Assembly (NCBI RefSeq): GCF_964204645.1
Contig: NC_134027.1
Coordinates: 15,842,485 to 15,906,484, forward strand
DNA from: Tubulanus polymorphus
Lineage: Eukaryota > Animalia > Nemertea
DNA: 64,000 nt
Direction of reading: 5' to 3'
Part shown: positions 24,947 through 37,545 of the stretch, piece after piece
Layout of the letters: each line of letters begins with the position of its first letter
Numbering within the stretch: the first letter of the stretch is position 1
Translations under genes and position numbers: made by a program
Notes under the pieces: generated by a model
Told to the model about the DNA's origin: nothing
Seen by the model: only the letters and a program-made list of their open reading frames with translations
The model's database searches: none

Positions 24947-27900
24947 CAGACCTGCTTACCCTAAAATTTCAACATCAGTAGTATTGCATATTTATCTCAG
25001 TAAAAATAAGCTCACATCAGTAGTTTTTAATATTTGTCTGTCAGTAGTTTCCGATTAAGCATCAGTAGTTTTATATCATAAAATCAGTAGTTTCATTGAG
25101 AGTATCAGTAGTATATCAGAAAACAGAATTAATCGAAAAAATAAAATTGAATATTGTTTACTTTTTAAATTTCTTATTGTTCCTCCTGTCAATGAGAACC
25201 AAAATCTGAGGATCGGAAGGATAACAAGGTGCCCATCGACACTGTTAGATTCACCGCAGAAGTTAGTAAATTGAAGGAGTTTATCATATCCACCATACTA
25301 GACCGTACATTGGTTTAGTAAGGTGCCCTATCAGCTTATACTTGACATAAAAGGAATGCATGTTATGAAAGTATAAGGTAATTAGATTTTAAATGACAAA
25401 CAGTTGTTTATACCATTTTAAGTAGGCCTAATAGATTTTGAAATGAAATACATATATAATCATTATAAATTATAAGCCTCGTAATAAACTATAAGGTTTC
25501 GTTAAATCAAAAGCATCTCAGATGTCATATTCATTTTTTTTTGCTGAAGCTGAAATCAAATCTAGCTGTATAGGGAGATGAGAAAGTATTCTAAGTTCCA
25601 TACAATTTCTGTCAGGATTTTCAGGAGTCAAAGCCAAGACCTAAGGTTAAACAAGAGCCCCAAGAGGCACTATGGCCAGCCTGTCAGCTTTTCATAAAAT
25701 GGCAAATGATGCATTCTGTGGGTTAAATTTGTCCAAATACACTCCCAGTTCGATAGACTATAGTCAATCCCAGGCTAATAATTTATACAATTCAATTGTG
25801 CTTTAGTAGCACAGACCGGGACTGGAGCTGGCAGGAACAAATACCTCAGATAAATCTTTTCCCTTGGTTTTATTGATTTGAATGCGGAATAGAATTGAAT
25901 TTTTCTGAAATGCGCTCAATAAAGTAAAATTGAATTGGGATTTGATATCTTTTTGCAGAATAAAATTTGATTGAATTTGCAGTTTGAGCACATGGCTAAT
26001 TAGCATATCAGGTTATCCATGCAATTTCAGAAAAATCTATTTTTCCCGGACTTTGCAAAATTGTCAATGATATTTTCTGTAGTGCAAATAAAAATATTCC
26101 CCCCAAAAAACAAATCAACTAAACATTTCACGGAAATCGATATTGAATTACAATTTTAGATCTTAAAATATAACCCGGAAGTAAAACGGTAGACGATACC
26201 GCGGGTTCACGTGAAAACCTGCTGATCTACGCGGCTAAGCCAATCATAGAGGAGTCTTTGCTTTCTGATTGGCTTTTTATACCAGATATTTTTGCAATCA
26301 AATTTTCGTCAAAAAGCTCACATAAATTTTAATGAGGCCCTCTTTCGAAATTCAGCTTCATAGGGGTTGGAGAATGGATAACGCTCTAATGAATGATTTG
26401 TAAGAATATATGCTCAGTTGCAAAGTCAAAGAGCCTTTACTCGGGAAACCATGTCATTTAAATTCGCTCAATTTGTATAGCAATAAGCTCAGTCTATGGC
26501 TGGCCTAAAAATTGATACCTTGTCTCTCCACTCATTGCTAAACTTAATAGTTGACATAGCCGGCCACATACCTTGTACATTACTTTTTTTTTAAACCATG
26601 ATCAATGACCCAGATACGATATCAGACCCAGCAGTTTAGAAATGAACTGATAAAGTTTTTAACATTTTACAACTAAACAGATTCTTTCTGTGTGGTCGGG
26701 TTTATCAAGTTCAGCTTCCTAATGAATTGTCTATCTATTTTTACACAACAGTGCACCAGCTCGACATGAACATTAAGTACGTGTGAGCGGCATCTATGCG
26801 CCCGATAGAAGTGACAGTCAACATTCCCTCGTAATATCATTCTGACGGCGAGGCAGCTTAAACCACGCCATATGAGAGAGGCGTAAATCGTGCCTTCCCT
26901 ACTACCCTACCGTCTCATCATAAACCTTAGCGTCAAGCAGTAGTGCAAAAAAGACGCTGAGGTTAGGGAGACTATTCCCTCGCGTAGGCAGGATCGTAGC
27001 GAGTCAGCCGCGGCTAAAAAATATGTTCGAATTTAAGTATATACTACACAATATTGGACGACATGTATGGTGTTTTTAATGTGAATTAGAATTGCTTAAA
27101 ATTCATCTGCATATTGATACAAACGTTTTTTTCATCAAGATAATCCTGAGCGTATGCATAATTAAGTTTAATTCAAATATTTTCAAACAAATCTTTTTTT
27201 ATTAACAGAATATCCTTCATCTAAAGATTAACGGCTTTGTTGATTTTGGTGAGCTTCATGAGTTACTAAAACGAGGGCGCTATCATCACAGTTCCGCAGT
27301 AAATACTGCAAACGACGCTGCACATCGACATGCAATTTTCAGCACAGCAAATGAAAAATCATCGTCAATTTTATTTCTTCTTTTGTAGTTTGTAGAATTT
27401 TATTTGTTGTATCAGTAATATAAAAAGCCTACTTGTAAATTCAACATCAAAGGTTGTACAATTCTGCTCGTGTTGTTTACGTAAGTAGATCAAGATGATG
27501 TCACACTACATAGCTAAAATCCCCAAAAAACGACATAAAATTGCCAATTTACCCAATTTAGGCTACATCAATAGCCTTCAAAAGCAGTTGCCACTTAGCT
27601 GCCGTTATAACAGCCAACTAAATGCAGACCTTAGCCCGTGAATCATTTCACACTCGGAGGAGTTAGCGGTCAACACGAATTCAGCACACCGTTTTATACA
27701 AATAGATTACTCCGCGCTGAATCTAAAAACCTCAAGTGTTCTTAATTAACAGACAGTATGTTCAAAATGTGGAATTTAATTTAGCAATATCAATCTTTTC
27801 CCGGGAGTGAATCTACTTCGGTTTTACCAGCTGAACAAATATTTATCTCAATGTTTATTCATACTTGTCTACCACTTAGCATTTTTCAGGTCATGATAAA

Positions 27901-28360
27901 ATATTCATTCAAAGTTTTTTCATTTCAAAAACTTTTCATTCAAAAACTGGATGAAAACGTAATCATAATGCGTGCACCAATGTGAACATTGGGATGCTGT
28001 CACGAGTGACTGTGTGTATCGCGTGTGTTATATTGATCACACAAAGCAGCAGCAATGTTGTGAAAAAATAGATAGACGCACGTGTACGCCACTACCATAA
28101 CTCAGTGCTAATCAATACTCCAACCCGATTTCCGAGCAGTAGAAGTAAACGAACGGTACTCCTGTTTTTGAAAGTTCATAACCATATTCACAGATGTGAT
28201 GATATACTTTAGCCCTATTTTCATAAAGGAAGATAAAACAAATCCGTATTTTGAAAAGAACGGATGAAAAACCGTAGTTTTAACGGATCATCCATACTTC
28301 CCTATTTAGCTATTTAAATCCGTAGCAAATACGGAAATCCCGTAGGGGTAAGCAGGTCTG
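24947..28360. mobile_element. Non-autonomous CAG-terminal DNA transposon with 6-bp TSD, containing nested repeats
   Basis: Perfect 15-bp TIR CAGACCTGCTTACCC / GGGTAAGCAGGTCTG. CCCCAT flanks both ends (24941-24946 and 28361-28366). Subterminal atcagtagt repeats on the left and acgga/ccgta repeats on the right. Confidence 0.8.
25650..26510 (-). mobile_element. Helentron/DINE-1-like non-autonomous element nested in the CAG element
   Basis: Starts aacaagagcccc.. with a short hairpin, then ggccagcc; the other end is ggctggcctaaaaa (subterminal inverted repeat). Its last 80 bp or so recur at about 24578-24655. Confidence 0.55.
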
Positions 28361-28372
28361 CCCCATACTCAC

Positions 28373-28450
28373 CTCTCTCAAAAGCAGCCTTGAATTCATT
28401 TATCTCAACTTGTGATCCAGATATACGGAATATACCTTGATGGTGAAGAC
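28373..28450 (-). CDS. SRGAP: srGAP homologue, exon (RhoGAP arginine finger)
   Basis: atAG|(G)LHHQGIFRISGSQVEINEFKAAFER(G)|GTGAGT; 78 bp, phase 1 at both ends. Confidence 0.92.
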
Positions 28451-29579
28451 CTATAACATACAATAGACACGATGCATCTTAGAATTGAAATACAAAACAA
28501 AGAACCAAGACATAATGCCCGAAATGAGCTACTGTCATTAGAAAACAATATATTAGGTTTGCAAATCTACCTAGCCCACAGCCCAAATCCTCACACCAAG
28601 TTTCAGGGAGAAATCCAACACACAGAACTTGACTCCACTCGAGAATGCATGACAATCCGACAATTGGGAACCCGCAGTGCTACTGTGGCAATCGAGGATT
28701 CCACGTATGGCAGGCGGGGATCTGCCAGGTTCGCTAGTAGAAATTTCGTCATCCACATTTAATTTCTTCTACATTTCGATTAGATCAAAATGATCTTATC
28801 TCTTAAATTTACAATTAGTTGAGAAAACTATACCGATATCTGAGTAAAAGAATGAAAGTGTTGTGTATTTAGTGGGTGCTGTGAAAATATATGGATTTGG
28901 GAGTCTAAAAATTTAGTTAAAAATTCAATGAAAATGAACCAGTATTGACAACGGATGACCTACTGCTCATCATGCCATCTGGCAGGATAGCTGGTTTTGC
29001 GGGTACCCCATTCAATATTCAACACCCCGGTGAATGTATACATGTTTGAGGGTCCTCCGGGCTTTTTACAGTGAACCCATGAACGACTGTTACATTTTGG
29101 AAGGTAATGGCTATTTCCAATGTGGCACATTCACATTCGATGACAATAGAACATCTCCTGCATTACAGGTCGAGCCCCTGTATTATTGCAGTTAAAATTG
29201 TGCTGATGAATGCTCACTAAAAATCATCAGTGTATAATATTTAAAGGTATTTGCCACACGGTACCTTTAACAGTAGTAAAGTATACAATTAATAGTTATA
29301 TACACTAATACTGTTGCGGCGCACATGTCTGCAACCGATCAATAAATACATAGACATGGAAGTGTTGTAGCAATACCCGGATACGCATTGAAAAGCAATA
29401 AACAGCGATAAACCGGCATTGAATGCTTTTACGGTTCACCCGATTACCAGTCGCACTGGACCAGTGAGACCATCCCCCTATACTTTTACATATGATGGAC
29501 ATACCACTGTGATAGGTTTGCAATGATTAGATTGGATTGCCAGATTACTGGCCTTTTAATTATTGTGTAATTAGGAATA

Positions 29580-30890
29580 ACTAGGGGTCCAGAGACACCA
29601 TGCCCACTTGGGAAGTGATTTCAAATGCTCAACAATCTAACAATTTCAATACATAACGCTCCCTAGTAACAATATACAAAAACCAATGACCTTGAAACCC
29701 ACCACAATCATAGAAAATGTCAGCAGCTATGATTTTGTAATTGATTGTGATAGCAAAATATGCCTCGTTACAAATTTAATATGAAAATACTAAGTTATTC
29801 TACTATTCAACGCCCCCTGGTGACCATATGCAAAACCCAATGACCTTAAAACACACCACAATCGTAGTACATGTCATGAAATACAACTTTGCAATTGATC
29901 ATGGTAGCAAAATATGCCTAGGTACCAATCTAATAAGGAAATACTAAGCTATTCTAATATTCAACGCCCCCTGGTGACTATATGGAATAACTAATATCCT
30001 TAAAAACTCACCACAATGATAGATGATGTCATGAACTACAACTTTGCAATTGATCATGGTAACAAAATATGCCTAGGTACCAATCTAATAAGGAAATACT
30101 AAGTCATTCTACTATTCAACGCCCCCTGGTGACCATATAGAATAACTAATGTCCTTAAAACTCACCAAAATCATCTAAGATGTCATGAGCTACAACTTTG
30201 CAATTGATTGTGGTAACAAAATATGCATAGGTACAAATATAATATAGAAATACTAAGTTATTGTATTATTCAACGCCCCTGGTGGCCACTGACAAAAACC
30301 AATGACCTTGAAACTCACCAAAATCATAGAACACGTTATGGGCTACAACTTTCCAATTGAATATAGTCACACAATATGCTTAAGTATGAATTTAATGTGG
30401 AAAAACTTTTTCCCACCTACGAATGAGTACTGATGACGCCAAGATTGCCGCCAATTGTGTCATAATTGGCTGATCAAAAATACCTGTCTCAGGTATAAAA
30501 CATCCCTTTCCAAAGAATACCCATCACAAATTGCAATGAGAAATGGCAAACCAGTAGGAAGCTACAGGACCAAGAATTCTGGCCAAAATTGACATTTTTG
30601 GGCACTAAAAAGGTCATAGGACGGCCATCTTGAGTCAGGTCGACCCAATTTTTCTATGCTGATGGGCCCTTGGTAGATTCAAATATAAAACAAAGATCTA
30701 GGTAATTGATCAAAGTGTCTTCAAGATTTCCCTCGAAAACTTTGAAAATGTGTAAAAAGTGCTGATTTTGGCGAACAACAATGGCTGCCAGTTGGCCATC
30801 TTGAATCTGACATGGCCAGTTTTTGGGCTGAAGATGTGTCTAGGGTAGATACATGTATAAAGCAAATATCAAGACATTCTAATTGAGCTC
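29580..30890 (-). mobile_element. Helentron/DINE-1-like element, family A, with internal approximately 154-bp tandem array (one end truncated)
   Basis: Terminus actaggggtccagagacaccatgcccacttgggaag. The attcaacgccccctggtgacc units fall at about 29810, 29965, 30120 and 30273. Confidence 0.75.
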
Positions 30891-32988
30891 TTAAAAACAG
30901 TAATAATATGAATTTATGGTAATAAAAAGTTTGTTGTTGAAGATGGTGCTGCGGATGGCTATGGATCAACGTTGCGGGTGAGGATGGGGCGCTATTTGAC
31001 GCTGTGGATCGGGTCCGTACAAATGACTAGCTGCGCTGTTACCGGTATGCGACCCACTTTTTTTTGCTGGATCGCCTCTGTCCCGGCACTAATTTGCTCT
31101 AATTTTCGTTTCCCGGCCCCCGTAGGGCGGTGACTTTCATTGACTGGTGCATTACTATGGCCACTGGATACAATCTGCTCTCGGCACAAACGCCAACAAC
31201 CCATGACATAGGCCAACTAAATTTGCTATGCAATACATGGGGTACAAGCTTCACATCCATGATTCAACACAAGTGTTTTGAAGCTGTTCACAGACTGAAC
31301 TGCAAGGCCAACTGCTAGCTGTACCCTGAGGGCCTATAGCTAGTCTAATGATTGACCAAGTGGAACAGGAAAACAATATTCACCAACGGAAGAACGGCAG
31401 TTACACAAGATTAATTATGGGCAAATTGTACTTAAAAAATTTTGATCCCATGAGACAATGACATAAAACAACTTAAAAACTTTAGCATCAACTACGATTC
31501 GGGGTAGTAACAAAATCAAAAGCTGCGATATAAGTTTTTCAAATTTCAGGGTAGTACATATTAAACCAGGCCAACTGGTTACTGATGAAATCAAGTTTAT
31601 CAACTGAATGTGGCTTTCAATAGTTTCATGATAGGATATCTTTTAATATTAAAGCAATTAAGGCCTTAAACTTAAAACGTTTTTATATGTGACACGACGT
31701 CTTCACATTATCATTGGACAATTCAAATGTCGGTCTGTCGATGCATTTCTGTGTACGCGAAAAAACACAAATCTGCTCCGTGGGAAGCATTATCTATTAC
31801 TAACTAGAGGCCCACGGGCTTTGTGAAGTCTGAGCATCGGGTAAAGTACTTTGCATAGCCAAGACATTTTAAAATGACTTCGAGCACAGGTTCTCAGTCG
31901 CCCCATTTTGCAAAATTCATTGAATTCAAAAAAATTCTTTTAGTCCTTCATGTTTTCATCAGAAAAACATTTTGTGGCCGGCTTGACTTACAATCGGGTA
32001 GCTCTGTCAGTTCTTCAATTTTGGGATTAACCAAATGCAAAAGTTTTTTTCATTTCTCGTATCTAATGGGTCACAATATCCACCTCGTTGTTGTGTTCAA
32101 GATGCACTACACGCTATCATTCGTGTAAAGACAATATTCCCTGCCGTTAGGAACCGCATAGGCATGCGTCTTTAGTTTCTCCAACTCACGGCATCAACCT
32201 TGAGCACCGACCAGCTAGCTAACGTCAGTCGCCAGATCGACATCCGCAGAGCAGGGGCGCTCATGAACTGCAGAGACTGCAGCGCTAAAGGCGTTATTGA
32301 AGTCATACATTTTGTTTATATGCTTCAGAAATCTGGTTTATATGACCAGTGTTCAGTTATGCAAATTAGTACAGCGCAGCAATCGTCAGCACATCAAAGT
32401 TTTTTCATCAAGATAACCACTGGCTTGCAAAAAATGAGTATAGAAATTTCAAATACGTTAGAATAGATTTATATTTTAATAGATTATCCATTATTTAAAC
32501 TGACAAATTTAATTAATATTTTCTCTTTTTAGTTTTAGACTTCTCCGATAGTACACTTAACGCAGCGCCACTAATGCTAGTGACTCATTCATTGATCCGA
32601 GTGATACCAAATTTCCTACGGCCCAGCCCACGAAAATGAGGGCATTAATCAAAAATCCGCCCGATAACTCTCTGCTCGCCCACCCACTGGTTATTCATGA
32701 GAAATTTCAGCGTTCAATTCGCAGTAGTTATCGCGGAGATGTTCAAAAGGCTACTGTTACATTTCAAGTCATTTCAATTGATACACGGTTAACACGATAT
32801 TGATTATAGATTTAGCCATTAGAGGCTGGGCGACACAGTCGAGTAAATGATCGAGTTTGAAGCTAATGTTTGTCTTTAAAAAGTGTTCCAGGAAGTAGGT
32901 TCTGCAGGTGCGTAAATTAGGCAGTGACAAAGTTTCATGGTAACTATGAATGAATATGAAAAAAAATTTGAGGGTCTGCAAGACTTAC

Positions 32989-33152
32989 CATACCAGTTGA
33001 TGAACTGAACACAACTTAGTATAATAAGAGGAATTTCCTGCTTAGTCAGGCGAATAAATTCTTCTAAACTTCCACCGAAAAGTTTTGGCTGACCAGCTAC
33101 AGGTGTTGCACGGCCAATTCTTCTCTTGAACTTGCGTGGTAGAAAAGGAGAC
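32989..33152 (-). CDS. SRGAP: srGAP homologue, exon (start of RhoGAP)
   Basis: caAG|(R)SPFLPRKFKRRIGRATPVAGQPKLFGGSLEEFIRLTKQEIPLIILSCVQFINWY(G)|GTAAGT; phase 2 to 1. Confidence 0.92.
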
Positions 33153-33247
33153 CTTGAATGCCAATTTCAACCAAATAAATAATCAGAAATATAACATAAT
33201 CTTTTCAAATGGTAGTACTTTTGACTTTGGACTTAATTCCTTTCTAC

Positions 33248-33348
33248 CTGTCGTCTTTATCTCTGTCTCCGAGAGCCTTTGTAATTGAGTTATATTTTGC
33301 CTGAAGACGTGATATAAGATTGTTTCCAAGAAAATATTCTTTGAATTT
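33248..33348 (-). CDS. SRGAP: srGAP homologue, exon (F-BAR extension)
   Basis: ttcAG|KFKEYFLGNNLISRLQAKYNSITKALGDRDKDD(R)|GT; resembles the vertebrate srGAP segment KEYLEGRNLITKLQAKH; phase 0 to 2. Confidence 0.88.
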
Positions 33349-33498
33349 CTGAAATAGAAATCAGGTAGATACATCCAATGACAAGGACAAAATCTATAGC
33401 TACTTATGTCAGGGTTAGTTGTTATAACCAGTTTGAAGAATGTTGTGCAAAGACCTGATTTAAGTAAGAAGCATTGAACTGAACAACATGCAACTCAC

Positions 33499-33666
33499 AG
33501 CTAAATAGTAGTCTTCAGTTTCACATCTAGTCATTCGTGATTTCTGAACATCTTGAGGTGATCGATTGACCACATTTTCATCATTGAACATTGCAGGAAT
33601 ATCAAGATCTCGTTGCTTTATAAGATCCATGAATGAGGCCTCAGCAGTTTCAATCGTTTTCCAAAG
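33499..33666 (-). CDS. SRGAP: srGAP homologue, exon (F-BAR extension coiled coil)
   Basis: ttAG|LWKTIETAEASFMDLIKQRDLDIPAMFNDENVVNRSPQDVQKSRMTRCETEDYYLA|GTGAGT; 168 bp, phase 0 at both ends. Confidence 0.88.
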
Positions 33667-34570
33667 CTAAATATGTCCAAAAAGAAAATCATATTCATAT
33701 TCAAACTAATTCAATGAATAGCACCATGCATGCTGTTGAAGCTACAATGCCAGGGTTCATAGTTGCCAGGCCTTGGTCAAAATTGAGCCTTATCATCACC
33801 TTGCTTTGGATGCGAAGGCATCCCCCCTCCCCACTAAATTTTGAGTTTCACAATCAAATAAATTGCCCATGGGCAAAGTGGTTTACCTTGAGAAAGGTTA
33901 ATGTTGTTTGGAGCAAGGACATTGAAAACCTTTTTAATTCGTGGCTTCAAAATTCTAAAAGTTAATATAGCTGCAAAGCAGCGATGACGGGTTTTCTGTA
34001 AAGCCATTCAGAATGATGGGAATAGTAGTAAATTGAAATATCGATACATAGAATTAAATGCATTGACAGATTCGAACCTAATATGCAACCACTGTGTAAA
34101 CGTCAAATATGATTCAGCTTTGAAACCGAACATACGTGGACGTACAATCACAAATATTAATATATTTGACCAGGCACTTATTTTGGCATTCAAACATCAT
34201 GATACTGTATTATCACCATCCTTAAAAATGGATCTGTCCTATTAAGAACTCATCTTAAGCACCTGCTGAGCCGATAGATTGAGTGAATTCACAGATAAGA
34301 ACGTATTATGATTTAGAATAGATTTAAGAAGTTAATGTTTTTATTGAAATATTTGAATAAATACATATATTGTAATGTAGATTCAATCAATAAATTATGA
34401 ATTGATTTGGTCTGGGTTTCCGGCTGATGTTGATTTTGGCTTTTATGGATTACAAATTCAACAGTGATAAACAATTGATACCTGCAACATGTGTGTAAAT
34501 CAAACCTATTCCACTAGTTGCGTGTGTTTCCTAATAAACGGGAGAGTCACTCTTGATCTGAGTTATTAGA

Positions 34571-36025
34571 ACTAGGGGTCCAGGGACACCATGCCCACTT
34601 GGGAAGTGGTTCCAAATGCTCAACAATCTAACAATTCAGGGGCCGGTTTCACAAAGCGTAATTAACCCTTAATTATGATTAAATCACTAATCATGATTAA
34701 ATTATCATGATTTAATCAAGTTAGGTGTTTCACAAAACGTAATTAACTTTAATTATAATTAAGTTTATTACAAAATTTAATTCTCCTCTAGAATGTAATT
34801 AAACCTTATAATCATCATTAGTTTATTATCAAAAACAAAAAGCTGCAGAGATTATTCATGGAATTTGGTGTTTATTAATTGACGACGGCAATTCCTACAC
34901 TTATTTAGTTCTTCAGATTGTTTGGCTCAAATAATTTGGATTTTTTGCCTTTTGTAAAAAAGGCATGTCAATACTCTAAATTCTATTGATTTATTTTCAA
35001 ATGTCCTATGTTTTTGTCAGCACGACCACCACATACTTAGAAGTATTGAATTAATTGATTTTGTCCATACATATGATAGATTTCCGTCAGTAGAGTACAT
35101 ATCTATGGAGTTAGTGTTAAAAAGTGCTAATCACTGCTCGGAAATAAACCCCATTTACGAGGATTTAATTTTGCTGACTGGAGGTGAGTTTCTATTTAAA
35201 AACTTCTGAGACATCTTGCTAAGTTTTTCCACTGGTTCCTGAGACCTTTCAGAGCAATCTTTAACTCCCAAAGGAGTGAATTTCTCTTTTCCTCTAAACA
35301 AGGAAGGTTGTTGATGCTTGGACAGCAAATGGCTGTCTAAAGTTCCGCCATTTTGATACAGTTAAATTGTAATCAAGTTGCCTAATTATGTAATTAGTTA
35401 ATTTTGTAATTAAACCCTTTCGTGAAACCGAATTTTAATCGTAATTAACCAATCATGATTAAGGAAATTTAATCATGATTTAGGTCCTAAGTATAATTAA
35501 AGTTAATTATGCTTTGTGAAACCGGCCCCAGGTATCAAAGGTATAAAACATCCCTTTTCAAAGAATACCCATCACAAATTGCAATGAGAAATGGCAAACT
35601 CAGAATTCGGGCCAAAATTGACATTTTTGGGCACTAAAAAAGGTCATAGGACGGCCATCTAGAGTCCGTATCCAAATTTTTGTTATGCTGATGGGCCCAG
35701 GGGGCATTCACATATATCCGAAAGATCAAGGTAATCTATCAAAGCATCTTCAAAATTTCCCTCAAAAAGTTCAAAAATGTGTAAAAAGTGTTGATTTTGG
35801 CGAACAACAATGGCTGCCAGTCGGCCATCTTGATTCTGACAGGGCCAGTTTTTGAGCTGAAGATGTGTCTAGGGTAGATACATGTGAAACCCAAATATCA
35901 AGACATTACATTGAAGCGTCTTCAAAACTTCCTAAAATAACTGATTTCCGTCTACGGACGGACGGACGACAGACGAAAAGTGAACGCAATAGCCCGCTGG
36001 GACTAAAGTCCCAAGTGGGCTAAAA
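34571..36025 (-). mobile_element. Helentron/DINE-1-like family A copy lacking the tandem array, interrupted by a Harbinger MITE
   Basis: Both family A termini are present, plus a (GGAC)n microsatellite at about 35955. Confidence 0.75.
34640..35528. mobile_element. PIF/Harbinger-like non-autonomous element
   Basis: TIR GGGCCGGTTTCACAAAGC / GCTTTGTGAAACCGGCCC, with CAG on both sides (CWG-type TSD). Confidence 0.8.
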
Positions 36026-37067
36026 ATAATGTTCATTTAGTCATAGAAATCCATTGCCTTTTTGGAGTTTCTGTAATAATATTTGTTCTGCCCTAATTTT
36101 TATTACTGTATGAACCAATGATATGCTTTGTAAATATGATGTAATAAAATAAATTTGAATTAAATTTGAACATGAGAATCAAGCATAACTTGTGTTTTTT
36201 CAACTTGTCTTACTTGTCTTTTGTTAACAGTTCCAGAGTTTCAATTACAATCAAATCCAAATTGGCTAAAAAGTACATAGGACTAAATGAAATGAACGGT
36301 TAGTTACTGCAAACCTATTCCAGTGTTATGTCGATCGTGTTGAATCACTTTCCTTGAGTTGAAAGAATCAGATCTTCTATGGTACAATATCGGTCGAAGA
36401 GAGATATATGGTGTTGACTGTCCTTGACCATCTAACTTCATGCATTTGACATTGGAATCAGCATCATACCCATTTGAACTGCAAAATATTCATACAACAT
36501 GAAAACCTACAGTACATGTATACAGTATTAATCAAACTTTCACCGATGTCGGATATTTGAATGAACATTAGGTTTATTTCAGTACTCTAAAGCAGGAAAT
36601 AATAAGCCCAATCAATAGGCCCTATTCCCATTGGAACAATTATATAATGCGTACAGCTGTACCGTACACTTATCAGTCAAGAATGGAGAAATCGGTATAC
36701 CAAACCTACGAACAGCAAAATGTACAGGCCTACATTATGATTTCTGGTAATACAAGCCGTGACCACATGAACGTTTTGGTTTGACTATTAATGTCAGCAG
36801 GTCAGAGAAGGCCTGGCCAAACTTAATCACATGGCTCAAATCAATTAGCCTTTCTGCGTGTGAATATCTCACTGTATTGTTTTAAAAATAGGCTTATCGA
36901 GTGAATTAGTACATAGACTGAATTAGACTTTGGGCTAGTCCTGACCAAATCCTATCCATATTATCATGGCACCAGTTATAGTAACATCACTGTAGGGCCG
37001 ACGAGAGGGAAAAAGTTGTGTTTGTAGTACATAGGCATGGTAGGCTTGTCGTACTCACTTAATACTT

Positions 37068-37545
37068 AAAACGCTGTTGTTACCTGTACATGACTGTACG
37101 GTGATTTCTACAGGTTAGCCATATGTGAGTACGTTGACGCTCAGACTTGCAATATTGGGATTCGAAACCAAACGAAAAAAAAATCCAGTAGTAGTCCAGT
37201 GATTTACCCACTGTGCCACAGAACGTAACTGGTGGGTGGATGAAATTTGATTTACATATAGCCTAGCCTCACCTAACCCAAACTCTATTCTTTTACGCAT
37301 GCGCGTTTGCAGATTATAGGAACTCACGTACAGCGTTTTTAGGAAACTCACGTACCGTTAACCTGTGGATATCACCGTACAGTCACTGGCACGTACGGGT
37401 AACAACTTCGTACTTAAAAAATGGTATTGGCTACTAGGAACTCACGTACGGCATTAGTAGGGAACTCACGTACGGTTAACCTGTGGATATCACCGTACAG
37501 TCACGTACGCGTTACAATTTCGTACTTAAAATGGTATTGGCTTCT
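37068..37545. repeat. Fold-back and tandem repeat enclosing a tRNA-like A/B-box segment
   Basis: Two units of about 115 bp (37319-37545) contain ctcacgtac.gttaacctgtggatatcaccgtacagtcac, with an inverted copy at 37068-37132. Between them the minus strand has TGGCACAGTGG and GTTTCGAATCC. Confidence 0.6.

Noticed and set aside
29650-30300. Regularly spaced ccccctggtgacc motifs resembling a CRISPR array
   Set aside because: The whole 154-bp unit is repeated with no unique spacers, the context is eukaryotic, and there are no cas genes.
30425-30450. CTGATGA in family A repeats (also at 46029, 29204 and 43154) as hammerhead cores
   Set aside because: No stem II followed by GAAA at a suitable distance.
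37150-37235. tRNA gene
   Set aside because: A and B boxes are present, but there is no acceptor or anticodon stem pairing and it has an internal T run.
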